From positions 74,152,001-74,216,000 of the forward strand of contig OZ336880.1 of NCBI GenBank assembly GCA_965287045.1: a stretch of DNA of 64,000 nt. The letters run 5' to 3'. Below are positions 23,553 to 36,277 of this stretch, one piece after another; position 1 is the stretch's first letter; every line of letters begins with the position of its first letter. The notes beneath the pieces were generated by a model. It saw only the letters and a program-made list of their open reading frames with translations. It did not search any database and had not been told where the DNA came from. Position numbers and translations under genes: made by a program. Source of the stretch: Carcharhinus amblyrhynchos. Taxonomy: Eukaryota.

Positions 23553-25104
23553 AACGTATTGCCCCTCCCCTTCAAGAGTTGGCACGCTCACCCACTTGAG
23601 GCCTTCCTTCCATTGTCTCCATGAATCAGACACCTTTCAGGGACTCTGCCCAGCAATCACTAGGTCACAAAGTCAGTCTCTAACCACTTTGTGGTACTCA
23701 ACCAAGGGAACGATGTCTTCAAATTAGACTGACATATGCATCCATAAAGAGCTTAAAAGTCTTCCGGTCACAAAGTTCTCTATTTCTGGTAGGCTCCACA
23801 GATTTGCTGTGTGCAATATCTGCATTCATCTAATTAAAGGGACTAGATTACAACTTTGCGAAAATAGTATTTTACTGTTGCCACTCATTCAATTTCTACA
23901 GCGCATTACATTCCAGGGCTGCTTTGGGGACTTGGCCATTATTTTCAATACTTGCACATTTGTACAAATGATACACTGGGGAGATGGTTTCCGGGTGATA
24001 TAAATTTACCAGATTAAAAGAAAACGGATGCCAGGTCAGAGCTTGCAACCCAATACTTTTAAAAGTAAACTTTCAATTGTTTTGGAGAAGAAAACAAGAA
24101 CAATCCCCTTCTAAAAAAATTAAAACTATGAATTAAAATCCAATAAATTTCAAGCTATTTAATTGCAAAGAAAAATGTTATACCTTTTTATATATACATA
24201 TCAATATAGGATCAAATATCTTCTTTTGTCTGATTGTGCTTATGTGACTACAGTTGATAAGGTGCAGTACAATTGGTATTACAGAACCCTTAAAATCAGG
24301 TCTTTGGAAACATTCCAAAGCAAATTATTCCATATCAGTCTTTTTTGTTCCCTTCCCTGGAAATATTGCTTACTGGATGTAAGGATAATATGGAAAATCA
24401 TTCTGAACAGCTTCTGTGCTTTGAGCTGTGTGGGAGTTCATGAAGTGTATTAATCGTTAGATGGGAAAGAGTATTGTAAGGTGGTCAAGCCAGCCTTCTC
24501 TCTCAGAAGCTGAAAGATCAGAGAAAATACTATCCAGGTGAGGCCCAGACCCCTTTTCAGGCTCATCTGAGTTTTGATTCAAATGGAAATGAGAGTATAA
24601 AACACATCTGTTCCCCTCCCGTGCCAGCATATTTGCCACCTGAATAGCATCCCCACCAGGTATCAACAAGACGCAGGAAATGGCTTTCCTTTTCATCCCA
24701 CCTCTCTGCAATGAGTAAATGAGTGCCCAACAAGACGGCCCAGCTTCCCCGTGTCTCCTCAATCTACTACTTTTTGATCAGGAGCACGAAAGACTGAATA
24801 TGTGTGAATGCTTAGGTACCTGGGGTATGGAAAGTGGTAATTAGCCCAGCAGGATAATTGATGTGTAGATTACGCAGGAACAAATGCTTTGACTTGCTTG
24901 TTCTTCTTAACACTCCTAAACAGATTCTTCTTTTTTTATTAATGAACACTTACCTCCCTGGTTAAACTGATAAGAAACCATGCTGTACATTAAATGGAAG
25001 GCTGCTCATCATTCTGCTCCACTGTGCTGTGTTGGTGTGATCTTTTTCTCTTCTACAACCAAATGCATATTACCTTCTAACCAACTCCCACTCTCTCCCA
25101 TCCA

Positions 25105-25508
25105 AATATATACACACATATGCACACACTCAGCCACTCACACACACTCTCTCTCTCACACATATTCTCTTGCATACAAACTCACAAATCTCTCACCCGT
25201 TTACACACATATACACACTCACACTCTCCTGCACACAGACTCTCTCATTCATACTCTCAAATACACACTCTTTCTTACACACACACATACACACACCCTC
25301 TCTCTCTTGCACACATCCTCTCTCACACAACAAACTCACTCACTCTCAAGTACACACCATTTGTTATAAACACACACACACATGCACGCTCACACTCTTG
25401 CACACATACTCTCACACATACAAACTCACTTTCAAATACACATCCTCTCTTACTCACACGCCCTCTCTCTCTCCAACACACACATCCTTACACACATAAA
25501 CACACTCT

Positions 25509-25538
<30 letters not shown>
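25105..25538. repeat. Long degenerate (CA/CT)-rich simple repeat ending in pure (CA)n
   Basis: Direct reading. Explains the His/Thr-rich ORFs here. Confidence 0.92.
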
Positions 25539-25539
<1 letters not shown>

Positions 25540-25879
25540 TTCATCTAACTGAATTAAACTCTTGGATTAGTCAGGATAAGTAGCAATTCTCAAAGCTGAT
25601 TCTATTATGTGTCTCCACTTGTAGGCTCTTGTGCTACAGTTACTCAGCTGTGTATTTGGGAAATTCTAAAAGCTGAAGCTTTACTTTTTGCAAGGTATTC
25701 CAGCCTGGGCGGGGGTGCAAGAAATCTAACTCCTCCAATGATCCCCGTGGAGCTTTCAATCTGTTCCTAAACCAAGGAAATGGGAAGCAGCGAGGATGCA
25801 AAGTGTTAACGCTGCATACAACTTATTTCAGAATGGACTCAAAAGCCAAGTTGAATTCTCATCCCTACCTTGAGAAAAA

Positions 25880-26330
25880 TAATTGAACTGTTGCTGAGTT
25901 CATTCCATCAAAACATACCCAATAAAAAACAGTGCCACTTTTAATAATCCTTTGCCCCCACTTGGGACAGAACATTCCACTGCAATGATTGTTCTGTTTT
26001 CGATCGAGCAAGTTAGGAACATCTCCAACAGGTCAGTTAACAGCAAGAAAATAAAGAAGGCTTTAAATACACTTTTAAAAAGACTCTGTTCAATATTGAC
26101 CTGAATAAGTATTAGATCTAAACCAGTACAGTAAGTTACTTGGAGCAGTTCAGCTTCTGATAAAGCAGACTGAGCAAAATCTGCTATGTTCAAATGCACA
26201 AAAAAAGCTGCTTGCTTCATCATTAACTAACTTGTTATTGAACCTGTCTGAGGTGGTTCCAAACAAGCTAGGTTAAATTCAATTGGTCTGCTTTCTCACA
26301 TGTGTTCACAGGAGACTTGGTTCAGATAAG
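25880..26330. promoter_or_regulatory. Candidate conserved non-coding element
   Basis: TE-free, complex AT-rich block with SOX (ATTGTT), TCF-like (ATCAAA) and homeobox motifs. Not aligned. Confidence 0.35.
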
Positions 26331-26722
26331 CTTATCAACTCTCACACCCTTGTGTTTCTCACTAGAAATGATCTTTTTTCTTCCAAGTAGCAGAGTTGAC
26401 ATAAACAATGCACGTTACCATTCTTACTCAACGTTAGAGTACATTTTGCATGGGGTTCAATTACTCATGCTTCCGAAAGCTTGAGGTCTGCTGGAAGTAG
26501 AACTGTTGAATGTAGGGGTAAGGTTGGTGTTAAATTTGAGCTGAACAGGAACTCCTCGTGGATCTGTTTTCTCTGTAAAAAGTCTCTCAGGCAAAATTAC
26601 TTTCAAAGACTAAAGGGGGAAAAAAACTGAGAGTGCTGTTTCATTTTTGCATTTTAATTGCAAGCAGTGTATCAAACAGTGAGACTAAAAAATGTTTTGA
26701 GGCCTGTGCTCCGAATTCTGTA

Positions 26723-26877
26723 AAAAGTCTGACAACACCAGGTGATTCACCTGACGAAGGGGCTAACCCCGAAAGCTTGTGAGTATATTATCAAATAAAT
26801 AGGTTGGACTAAAACCTGGTGTTGTCAGACTTTTTACTGTGTTACACCAGTCCAACGCCGGCATATCCACATCATGA
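26723..26877 (+). mobile_element. Short TSD-flanked Penelope-derived retro-insert carrying a hammerhead ribozyme (copy 1, with 5' inverted segment)
   Basis: 14-bp TSD ctccgaattctgta (26709-26722 and 26878-26891). 24-bp inverted repeat, 26720-26743 vs 26814-26837. About 5 differences from the copy at 37981-38111. Confidence 0.88.
26745..26784 (+). ncRNA. Minimal type I hammerhead ribozyme
   Basis: ATTCAC-CTGACGA-A-GGGG(CTAA)CCCC-GAAA-GCTT-GTGAGT. Stem I attcac/gtgagt, conserved core, 4-bp stem II, palindromic AGCT stem III, CUU cleavage triplet (after 26778). Confidence 0.8.
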
Positions 26878-27464
26878 CTCCGAATTCTGTACAGGATTTC
26901 GGTCACATTTGGGAACAAGGATAAATTGATATAACATTTGGTCCAAGAGACCAAACAAGAACTTATGCTTAGTTAGTTTGTTAAGTACCAGTTACATGAC
27001 CAACTGCTTCAAAACAAAACACAATAACAAGCATTACAAACAAGAATTATTTCTAAAATAATCAAATAAAGCCAATATAAGAGTGCCTCATGGAGACTAA
27101 TACTCAAATCCAATAGTTATCAAGTGTGGTCATGTCCCACCATCAACTACCACTCCTCTGGCAAAGGTTTAACAGGACCAAAATGGACTAATGCCTAATT
27201 AGTTCAGTATAGACCTTCAGGTACGCCATGAACACAGATGGTTCAGCTGTTCATTCATGCTCTAGGAAGCATCAGTTGTAAAGCATTTAATGAATGATAT
27301 TAGGACAGAGGCTCACTTTTACAGAGGATGGTACTAAAGGAATCAACCACAGCAAGTTTGGAGGAACTTAGTAGAATGAACTTGATCATAAAGGTTCAAA
27401 TCTGTACAAATGCAAGCACAGTGAGAATGCCCTGGATATATCACAATGGTAAGCATCTTTAATC

Positions 27465-27620
27465 TTTTATTTATCAATTCATGGGACATGGGCTTCGCTG
27501 GCTGGCCAGCATTTATTGCCCATCCCTAGTTGCCTTTGGAGGGCAGTTGAGAGTCAACAACATTGCTGTGGCTCTGGAGTCACATGTAGGCCCGACCAGG
27601 TAAGGACGGCAGATTTCCTA
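27465..27620 (-). mobile_element. 3' part of a 6145-type SINE
   Basis: ttcatgggacatgggcttcgctggctggccagcatttattgcccatccctag...tctggagtcacatgtaggcccgaccaggtaaggacggcagatttcc. Confidence 0.85.
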
Positions 27621-27889
27621 CAATATTTTCATGGCCAACTGAGCATAGCAAACAGAAGTTTCAATCTTCCCCAACTGGTAATGCAAGGGTTAATTCCTTC
27701 GCTGATTAGCATTGTTTTGTTGACCTAAAGTGTATTAAGTATTTGGATAAAACTGATCGTAACCTCAGAATATTTCAGATTTTCCCAACATGCCATTACT
27801 GTAAGACTAATGTCACATTTTATATACCACATCCCTTCTGTGCACACTCTCCCCATACCACTATCCCCTCCCCCCTCCCCCCAATCACT

Positions 27890-29600
27890 TAAGAGAAAGA
27901 CAGCATTTTATTAAGGTGGCTAAATATGTCTTGGACTAGGTACATCAGCAGCAAGACGTTATTCACCTACTCATCACATAAGAAGCAAGCAAACAATTGC
28001 TGAAGCTAATTTCTTAATTAGCTGTGCTCTGGCAGTAATGATTGTAGATTGTGTCAACTAAAATCTGTTTGGTTTCTGTAAATTGGAGTCCGACAAGCAT
28101 CCCGTTCCGTCTAAAACCTGATAACTCTCACCCCCCCTGTCTTTTGTTTTTCCTTCCAGCCTTCTTCCTGTCGCCATCTCAGTATTTAATCTGACACCGT
28201 CAGGCAGCTAGAATGTTTTATTCTTCCTCTCCCCCTCAAAGAGGGAAAAAGGAAAAACAAAACATTTACGTGGGTACAGGAGAGCTGGCTGCTTCTTTCA
28301 ACACAGGAAACCAAGAGAAACCTAGTGGCGACTTACAAATGAGGAGAGCTCTTTCTCAACAGCTAATCAAGGCTGTGCTTTTAAATACACGAAATGATAG
28401 CTCTTAAAGTTCACCATAGTTTCTTTATCAATGTCGTCATCCATTCAGCGCTGCATCTCTGTAGGCCTTAATCTGAGCAGACATAACTGCTGCATACCCC
28501 TATCACCTATCCATGAAATCAGATGGCATCACTTTTTTTTTCCAAAAGTATTTTGCTACTTTCTTCAATTACTCTTGATTACTTTTGACGTTTAGAACAA
28601 AACTGCAAGCTTGGTTTATTTTCTGAAAGGAAAAGAAGTATGATACATGTTGAATTTTAACATGTTATGTGTATAAAAAAAATTCGGCTTGTGTAGGCAA
28701 CGGGCGGGTTGCTTGTCTTGGTATCTCCATAATCCTTTTATGCAAACAAATCCGTGGCTTTTATAACCTGCCCTTGATCGTAAAATAAAACCCAACATCA
28801 CACAGAAAGTAACAGGAAAGAAGCCAATTATGTCCTTCATCTATTGAGGAAAAGGGGATCCGAGCAAGATGTGCTGACGCTCTTTGGTGTGTCTCAAAAT
28901 TCAAAATACGAATCAATGAAAAAAAAATAAAAGCTTCAAAGAAAAGAAACGCCACATTGAAAGTGAATGTTGGGATTTCAGTAGCACACATCAAGAGTAC
29001 CTACATTTACAGTTAAAAGGGAAAAAATGGAGTCAAATGTAGATACCCAGATTTGTTTCTGGCTAGGTTTCAGAATTTTGCAGACTGGTTTCAAATGCAA
29101 GAGCCTGAAGACTGAAATATCTTGTCAGATGCTATCCCACTCCCTCAACTCCCTTTTGCCACCCATCCAGCCATAGCAGGAGTTAATGCCCAGGCCAAAG
29201 CCTTGAAAAGAAGGGCCTCATCTCCAACTAAACAAAAGAGTCTACGTAAAACCTATGACTAATTAGCAAAAAACAAGGGGGGGAATCTAATTCAGAAAGA
29301 GATTTTTTTTTGTCCTCATGCGACCAGCAAGCTGTTTTCATTTCCTGTCAGAAACCCTTGAACACTAAGAAGTTACCTGACTCAGCTTCTTGTCGAAATC
29401 AAATTCAGTTGGAGATAACAGCTAATCATTTGTCACCGTGAAGCAATTCCCTGAAATCTGAGGGAAAACCCACAGCTGCAATCTGCAGTCCTGTCAGATC
29501 AGAAGAAATTACATTCTGTGGTGACTAACCTCTGCTCTCCGAGCACTAACAACAGCAGTTGACTCTATCAAAACAGAATATTATGAACCTGTAGCACTTT
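27890..29600. promoter_or_regulatory. Cluster of candidate conserved non-coding elements
   Basis: TE-free. SOX AACAAT (27992) lies next to the palindrome AGCTAATT-TCTT-AATTAGCT (28004-28023). ETS (CAGGAA) and AP-1 (TGACTCA, about 29378) motifs present. Confidence 0.45.
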
Positions 29601-32269
29601 GAACCACGGTGAGGCAGCTCATTCCAAATTCTCTCTCTCTCTCTCTCTCCTCCACACCACCTCCACCACCCCCCCACCCACTCTCACACACACAACTGAA
29701 GACCTATAGTCACATACCGTGGCCTAGCCTCAGCCTCAATTTTCGCCACCAAGTGCAGTTTGTTGCATTTTGTATCTACATAGTTATGCGCACATAATTT
29801 ACGTACCAACTGAAAAGCATTTGTCAGCTGAAGTCATGCATTTGCCATCTAGAACATTTAGTGTGAAAAGAGGAGGTAGCACTCCGAGTCGGGAACAGTT
29901 TTGTTTTATACATGCAACACTGAATCTGGGAATACAGCCATATCACATTTTCCATACTTAATTTCTTTATTCTCGGCCTCGAAGACAGCGTGATTCTGTT
30001 TGCAGCATCGGCTGGGAAAGTACAATATTGCTAGTGTTTAAAACTGGGTTAGCAATGAATTTTGTTGTGTCAGTAATTCATTAAGTCAGTGTCATCTACT
30101 TCAATAGTAATCACATGTAAGTAATATAAAATATTTAACCTACTATCATAAGAAGGGACTTTTGTCATGTCACCACAATTATAAAATGTTTTAAACAATG
30201 TCCAGGATGGAGTAATTAGCTTTCTGTGGAACGTTAGCAAGTATAATACATGCCTGCAGCTTCTAAGTAAAACACACATCTAACATGCATATTTCGGGTG
30301 GGGAACAGATGAATGCTACTTATAGCTAACAGGACATACATTTATGTCACAGGATATGCAGGATGATAAGGATTGATTGGCCTGCTTTGTTTTTATGCTG
30401 TTTCATATACTTATTAATACCAGTTTAATTCTTTGACTTAATGTTGTGGAAATACAAATACTTATCAAAGGTGAAATGGCAGTAAAGCAGAGAAGGAATC
30501 AGAGGGACTATTTCTAATTCTGCGCCTTCACGTGGTTCAGCACACTGGCAAAACTCAACTAAATGTTATGATCAACTATTCTCTCAATGGAAGCAGTTAC
30601 GACTATGCTATTATTCAGCTCCCCCTCACCAAAACTTCTTTTAATGGCATATTTTCCCTGACATAGAACATGAAAATTCAGCCCATTTTCAGGAACGAAA
30701 GGCAAATTCCTCTCAAACACAAACTGCTGCTCCTCCTGCCGTCAGGTCATTTCGGGGAACCCGGTTATTAATCCCTCGAATTGGCCATCACACTTCTTGT
30801 TTGCACCTGATCTGGATTACTTGGGAGACTCCACAAACATTTTCAGAGCATTTTTCCAGAGCAAAAGAAAATCGCTCACTCTTCTGAAATTTAAGCAGCC
30901 GATGCTGAGGAAGATTTCCCAGGAGTAGTCAGATTTTCTCAGGTTTAACTAAATAATTTATGCATTCTTTCAGTTTGGCAACGTGAAGCGATTCTAGCCT
31001 TTACAAACCACAACTCCTCGAGAGGCAGAAAAGAGACTTGTTCCTGCTCAGCTGAATAACTTAAAACAGCTAAGGTGGAAGAGCTCTGTACATTTTTTCC
31101 TTTTTTGACCAACCAGGAGGGAAAATATCAGTGCCAAAAATGCTGAGTGGAGCATAAATCTACTCCCCCTTGAAGATTTCTTTGTCACTTGGAAGCACAT
31201 AGGGTGTGAAGAATGGATAAAGATGGTGCACTGTGTCGATGCCTCTCCCGTCCCTATGTCAGGATTCAGTCATTGCCAAAGGGATAATTTGCTTTCCCTT
31301 TTGAACATTCACGGTGAAAGATACCTCTGAGATAAGATGGTGGAACTGAGGTAGGAGCCCCTGCAGTGGACAAGCAGGGCATCTTCCACCTTGAACACCT
31401 ACAAGACCAAGAAAATAGGCATACAACTGTTTCGCCTGTTAGCCTCAGGCCAGGTAGAAATCAGAAAAACCGTATTTATTACCACAGGACTGTAAAACAA
31501 AATGCAGGCCATAAGGCAAGAAAAAGGTACCCGAGTAGGAAACTGAGTAATAAATACCACTTCACCACCAAAAAACACTCTTTCATGTAGTGACTGTACA
31601 AATCGAAGTGGTTTGACATCTCAACCAAATGGGTTCTCTCCAAGTGAGTGTGATGCTACTGATCTTCTAAAAGACTTACAGCCTCATGGTGTTCTTACTC
31701 CTGTGATATAGCAAAGCTCAAATGAGCTGGACCATTCTCAGGCTGGCTCAACACTGATGAAGCATCCCACCTTCAATTCATCTTTCTTGTAAGATGACAA
31801 ATTTCCCCTGTTCCAAAAGAAATCTGAACCCAAATTTGGAGCTGAGCCCAGCCTTCTTGTCGTTGACACAGCAGTTGCAAAATGTCACATCTGGCTCCAC
31901 GTTTCTTTGGTTGGGTACAGTTCAAATTCAAGTGAAGCAAATTAGACATTTGAGTAATAGCTGGCTGGTCCTTGTCAAACTTAAAGTCAATGCATGTCAC
32001 CGTGGACATACCTCTGATATTCAGCAGCAGGTACCAGTGGAGACTGCAAGCTGCAATCAACGCTGTGTAGACATCAGAGTTCACAATCTTGACACATAGC
32101 AAACCAGAATGATCATTCCAAAGTGATATGACATCACATCGCAATCAGGATCAAAGAATCAAAGAGCTTAATCAAAGGGATTCAATGGGAACCATTGCAA
32201 CATGAAATATGGCAGCCATGTCCATTTAATTGTGAGTCAGTCTCCCAATGGAGGGAGAACCTTCCCTGA

Positions 32270-32900
32270 TTAAATCAGAGAGTGGAAGAGGCTCACGCAA
32301 GAATCCTGGCCATTGGTAGGATGTCAATTAGGCCCATCAATGAGCCAATTGCATCCATTATCTCTCAGACCACCGCTTGTTAGTGGTACCTCAGGGACTA
32401 CTGGGAGCTGCACAACTTCCGTGTGCCCTGGAAGGCCACCCAGCAAACCCTACTGGGTATGCCAGTGGCCTCCTAGGGGAGACAAAAGGGTTACCGAGCA
32501 CTTTGTACATGATCCTGAGATCTGGTGTCAGGAAGGGGAGGATCCGCTAAATGCCACACTCCTGACTTTGCCTCTGATGCCTCTGACCCCTCTCCCAACT
32601 CCTCCCCCGCTGCTGTGACTGCCACACTCTGCAACCTCCATCTTGCTTTCTCTCACTGTTGGTCTGGGCCAGTATGGGCCTCTGGTGACTGCTGTGCCCT
32701 CAGTAGTTACCACTCTCTATGATGCGGATGGCAATGACAAGCTACTTATTTCTGATTGGTGGGACTTCTGCCACCAAGTACCTCAATTGTGGGGGACGCT
32801 TGATGGTGGCTATTTGAGAGCCTGAGGGACACTTGATTCCACGGGCCTCTCCCATGTAAACAACGAGGGGCTTGCTGCCAATTCTGATCAGAGGAGAAGG
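32270..32900 (-). mobile_element. Family Y non-autonomous repeat
   Basis: cagtagttaccactctc...tctgattggtgggacttc is the reverse complement of the family Y core. Confidence 0.4.
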
Positions 32901-32920
32901 TCCATTATCAAAATCCAGAC

Positions 32921-33153
32921 TATAAAAAATTACAACACAGAAGAAGGCCATTCAGCCCCTCTTTTTCTTGTCTACAATGGTTAATGGTAATCTGCTTAAT
33001 CTACCATATCTTTGGAGTGAGAGAGGAAACCTGAGCACCTTGCATACATGGAGAGAACGTGCAAACTCCACATAGTCACCCAAGTTCGGAATTGAGCGCA
33101 GGTCACTGGCACTGCAAGGCAGCATTGCTAACCACTATGCCACCATGCCGTCC
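32921..33153 (-). mobile_element. HE1-type V-SINE, internally deleted
   Basis: tacaacacagaagaaggccattcagccc...tctttggagtgagagaggaaacc...gagaacgtgcaaactccaca...gcagcattgctaaccactatgccaccatgccg. Confidence 0.8.
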
Positions 33154-33749
33154 CTAATCCAACAAGATTACTTTCGTAGGGAGACACCAGCAGGAGCTTG
33201 TGTGATTGGCACTGGCTGCACACAATGTATCAACAGAAGGATCATCTTTGCAATCACCTCAGATAAAACCATACTATGTTAAATGGGATAACATCAGTTG
33301 TCAGATAAGATCATTATGCACACTTTTGTAACTAAACTTATTTTTATTCTGTATTACTTCTCCAGTGGCATGTCATGCCATTCAATCTCTGGATATCTAC
33401 ATTGGTAAATGAACAGCCTAGCTCAGAGGCCAACAAAATTCTCAAGCTCTACATATCAGTATTGACTAAGTTATCTTGAATCAGCTGACACATTAGTGGA
33501 GCACAGCAACTGGCCACTGCATTTGTTTTCTGAAAAGAGCCAAAACTAGTTGCAGTTTCTGCTCCTTACTGCTATCCAGTGACTTATATCTGCAAGGGTG
33601 TATGCGCGAATGCCATGTGAGACAAATTTGGGTGTGATTCTCTCATCTTCGAATAGCCGCTTACCCTATTGGAGCCACTGTTGACCTGCCTGATGCCGAT
33701 CTTCCAGATGATCTAAAGATATTCCAGGAATGCCTGAACTACTTGACTT

Positions 33750-33906
33750 TAAAGACATGCTGGTTAGGTGCAGTGGCCATGCTAAATTCCAGCTCAGTGT
33801 ACCCGAACGGGCACCAGAATATAGCGGCTCTGGGATTTTCACAGTGGCTTCACTGCAGTGGTAATGTAAGCCTACTTGTGACATTAATAAATGAATTTCA
33901 ACTTTA
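33750..33906 (+). mobile_element. 5'-truncated V-SINE with alternative tail (subfamily B)
   Basis: aaagacatgctggttaggtgcagtggccatgctaaatt...cagtgtacccgaac...gtaagcctacttgtgacattaataaa. Confidence 0.8.
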
Positions 33907-35004
33907 TATGTTGGCAATACAGCAGCCAATTAAGAGGGAAAAACAGGACAATATGACAAGGAGAAGAACTGGACCTAGTTTTTACCATGAATTTGCATTG
34001 TAAATTCAAACCTATATTGAGATCAGGGTAGCATGGTGGGAGGATTACCTTCTATTAAAAGATTATTTCAGTGTAGTTCCTCAGATAAATTAATGGTAAA
34101 ATTTACTGTATGGCATCATACTGAACTGCATGCACTGAAAGCTCCAACTTTTATCCCTGACCTATACTGAGTTATATGGCTTCAGACTGGTTGCACTGTG
34201 GGTGCCCAACTGGCCTCATTTTAGGTAATTGAGAAAAATTAGTCAAGAGTTCTGTTGCCCAATAAAACCACAGTTCAGGAAAATGAATCACTAATCAAAA
34301 AAGGGATGGTAAACAGAACAATATTTCTCTTTGGCCCCAGGTTGAAGTAACCTGATGCACATACTGCTCGAACTGTGCAGCAGAAGACAGATATGCTTAA
34401 ACAGCAAAGTAATAAAAATCAATATCCTGGAATATTCCCCCTCCTCGTCTGTGATAACAGCACTGGTATTAAGTTTTTCACATGTTGCAACAGTGCCTAT
34501 CAGTTTCCACTGTTCTTCCTACGCCAGCTATTACAGGGCCTATAACCACCTGGGGACTGCACTGGCAGCAATGCTCATCCCACAGAGTTGACCAGATGCC
34601 AGCTTCATTGCATCAGCGTCAATTTGTTTCAACCCAAACTGGACAAGGCCAAGGCACACAGCTCACCCCCACCCACTCTCCTTTGCAAGGACTTACAAAA
34701 CACACTGCATTGTTTCAACAAAAAAAAAGCAAAAGGGTAGGTAGGCAATTCAACTTATTTTTATACTTTCTTTTGTACTGTTGTGATTATGGTTGCAGAA
34801 TATTTAACCCTTGAGCTCCCACGTATAATTAAGCATTCCATTTCCAAAAGGCGAAATTTTTAGCATTGCTGCATGCCCTCGTCATTCATCAGATTGGAAT
34901 GACCGCCTCAGTTTAAACTGAAAAGAGAACTGGTTGTTGCCTGTAATAATAACAAGTGCCCATCTGAATTCTTACATTTTTGCTTTTTAAAATATTTTCT
35001 CATC

Positions 35005-35615
35005 AGATTTCTTCTCTCCGGAAGATGCTTTTTCCTTGCTGGAATCCGATTAGATGGTTGTCAGTTTCCTTCCCCAAATGACCACTGTTTGGTTGTGAGC
35101 CTTGATGGTGCATGCCAGTGGGCTATGCGAGGGCACCACAATCAAGGCTGATCCTATCCTCACTGTATTTCCAGGCACAGGCTCTTCCAGAGGGGGATCC
35201 TTGATGGTGGCCAAGTTTGGGAACTGTGGTTAACTTTACCAACCTGTCCCTGGAACACTGATGTCCACTGGAGAGCCCCTATCTATTGCCTAGACTGGGA
35301 TTAAATAGCTGCACAAACTGGGTCTAGAGCAAAAACAGAAAATACAAGTACTAAGCAGATTTGACATCTGCAGAGAGAGAAAGGGAGTTATGGGCGACAA
35401 TATTTCATCAGGACTGTTCTGAATTTTTGGCAGAATTGACCGACATATTAATTCTGTTTCTTTCTCTACTGATGCTGCTGGATCCGCTGATTATTTGCAA
35501 CATTTTCTAAATTTAATTTCCTATTTCCAGTGGAATTTCGCTTTCAAAAATCTAGGATCTTCCTGGCTCATACAACACAACTAGTCACTTAAACCTGCTG
35601 AGCTATCAGGGGAGT
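35005..35615 (-). mobile_element. Family X ancient SINE interrupted by a palindromic Penelope-tail element
   Basis: Body 35005-35328 and head about 35548-35615 (ctaggatcttcctgg...ctgagctatcagggga), separated by 35330-35545. Confidence 0.5.
35330..35545. mobile_element. Head-to-head (palindromic) Penelope-tail element
   Basis: Left arm caaaaacagaaaat...agcagatttgacatctgcagagagagaaagggagtta. Right arm ttaattctgtttctttctctactgatgctgctggatccgctgattatttgcaacattttct. These are the two orientations of the same tail. Confidence 0.65.
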
Positions 35616-35834
35616 CATAATGCTTTTCCTTGTGTTAATCTTATTTAGAGACTGCTTTCATTCCATTTTGGTAATAAATGTGCTAAAAGTCGACATTACT
35701 GCACCGAAATTGCTGCTCAATTTAACTGAATGTGACAAATAAACCTGAAATCCTTCTTGCTGTTGTACAGAGTTTATGTTAACAAGGGTGGGGAGGAAGA
35801 ATGGATTTTAATTCTTCTTGCTCCCAGTGGGGCC

Positions 35835-36040
35835 CAGTTAACTTATTGAACTCAAGTGTGATGCAGAATGATGCCAACAGTGTGGGTTCAATCCCTGTAC
35901 TGGCTATGATAGTTCATGAAGGCCCTGCCTCCTTGCCTTGCCACATGCTTGCTGCGTGCTGCCCCTCAAGCTATATATAATCAATTGTCTCTCTCTAATG
36001 GAGAGAAACTCCTATAGTCCTCTGTGGACAATGGCTAATT
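35835..36040 (+). mobile_element. Short tRNA-derived SINE
   Basis: B-box gtgggttcaatccc. Tail tgtctctctctaatggagag...cctatagtcctctgtggacaatggc. Confidence 0.5.
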
Positions 36041-36277
36041 ACTGCTCCCAATGATTGAATCTAGCATTCCCAGATTGAACTGTGTTAAATCCTCCTTCAA
36101 CCCATGGAACTGCTTCGACATAAAGTGGCTCCACAATGTACTGAGGCATCTGCTACTTTGAAATCCAATCACTTACATTACTGGACAGATTTCAGAGTAG
36201 AACCTGTCATGAGATACCAAAGACTGCACTTGCACAAGATTGTATATGGCCACTATTCCAATATCCAACAGAAATTT

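Noticed and set aside
24980-25548. Three overlapping His/Thr/Leu-rich ORFs of 109-142 aa
   Set aside because: Artefacts of the CA/CT simple repeat.
31773-32144. Overlapping opposite-strand ORFs (123 and 101 aa)
   Set aside because: No recognisable domain or convincing splice signals. The length is compatible with chance.
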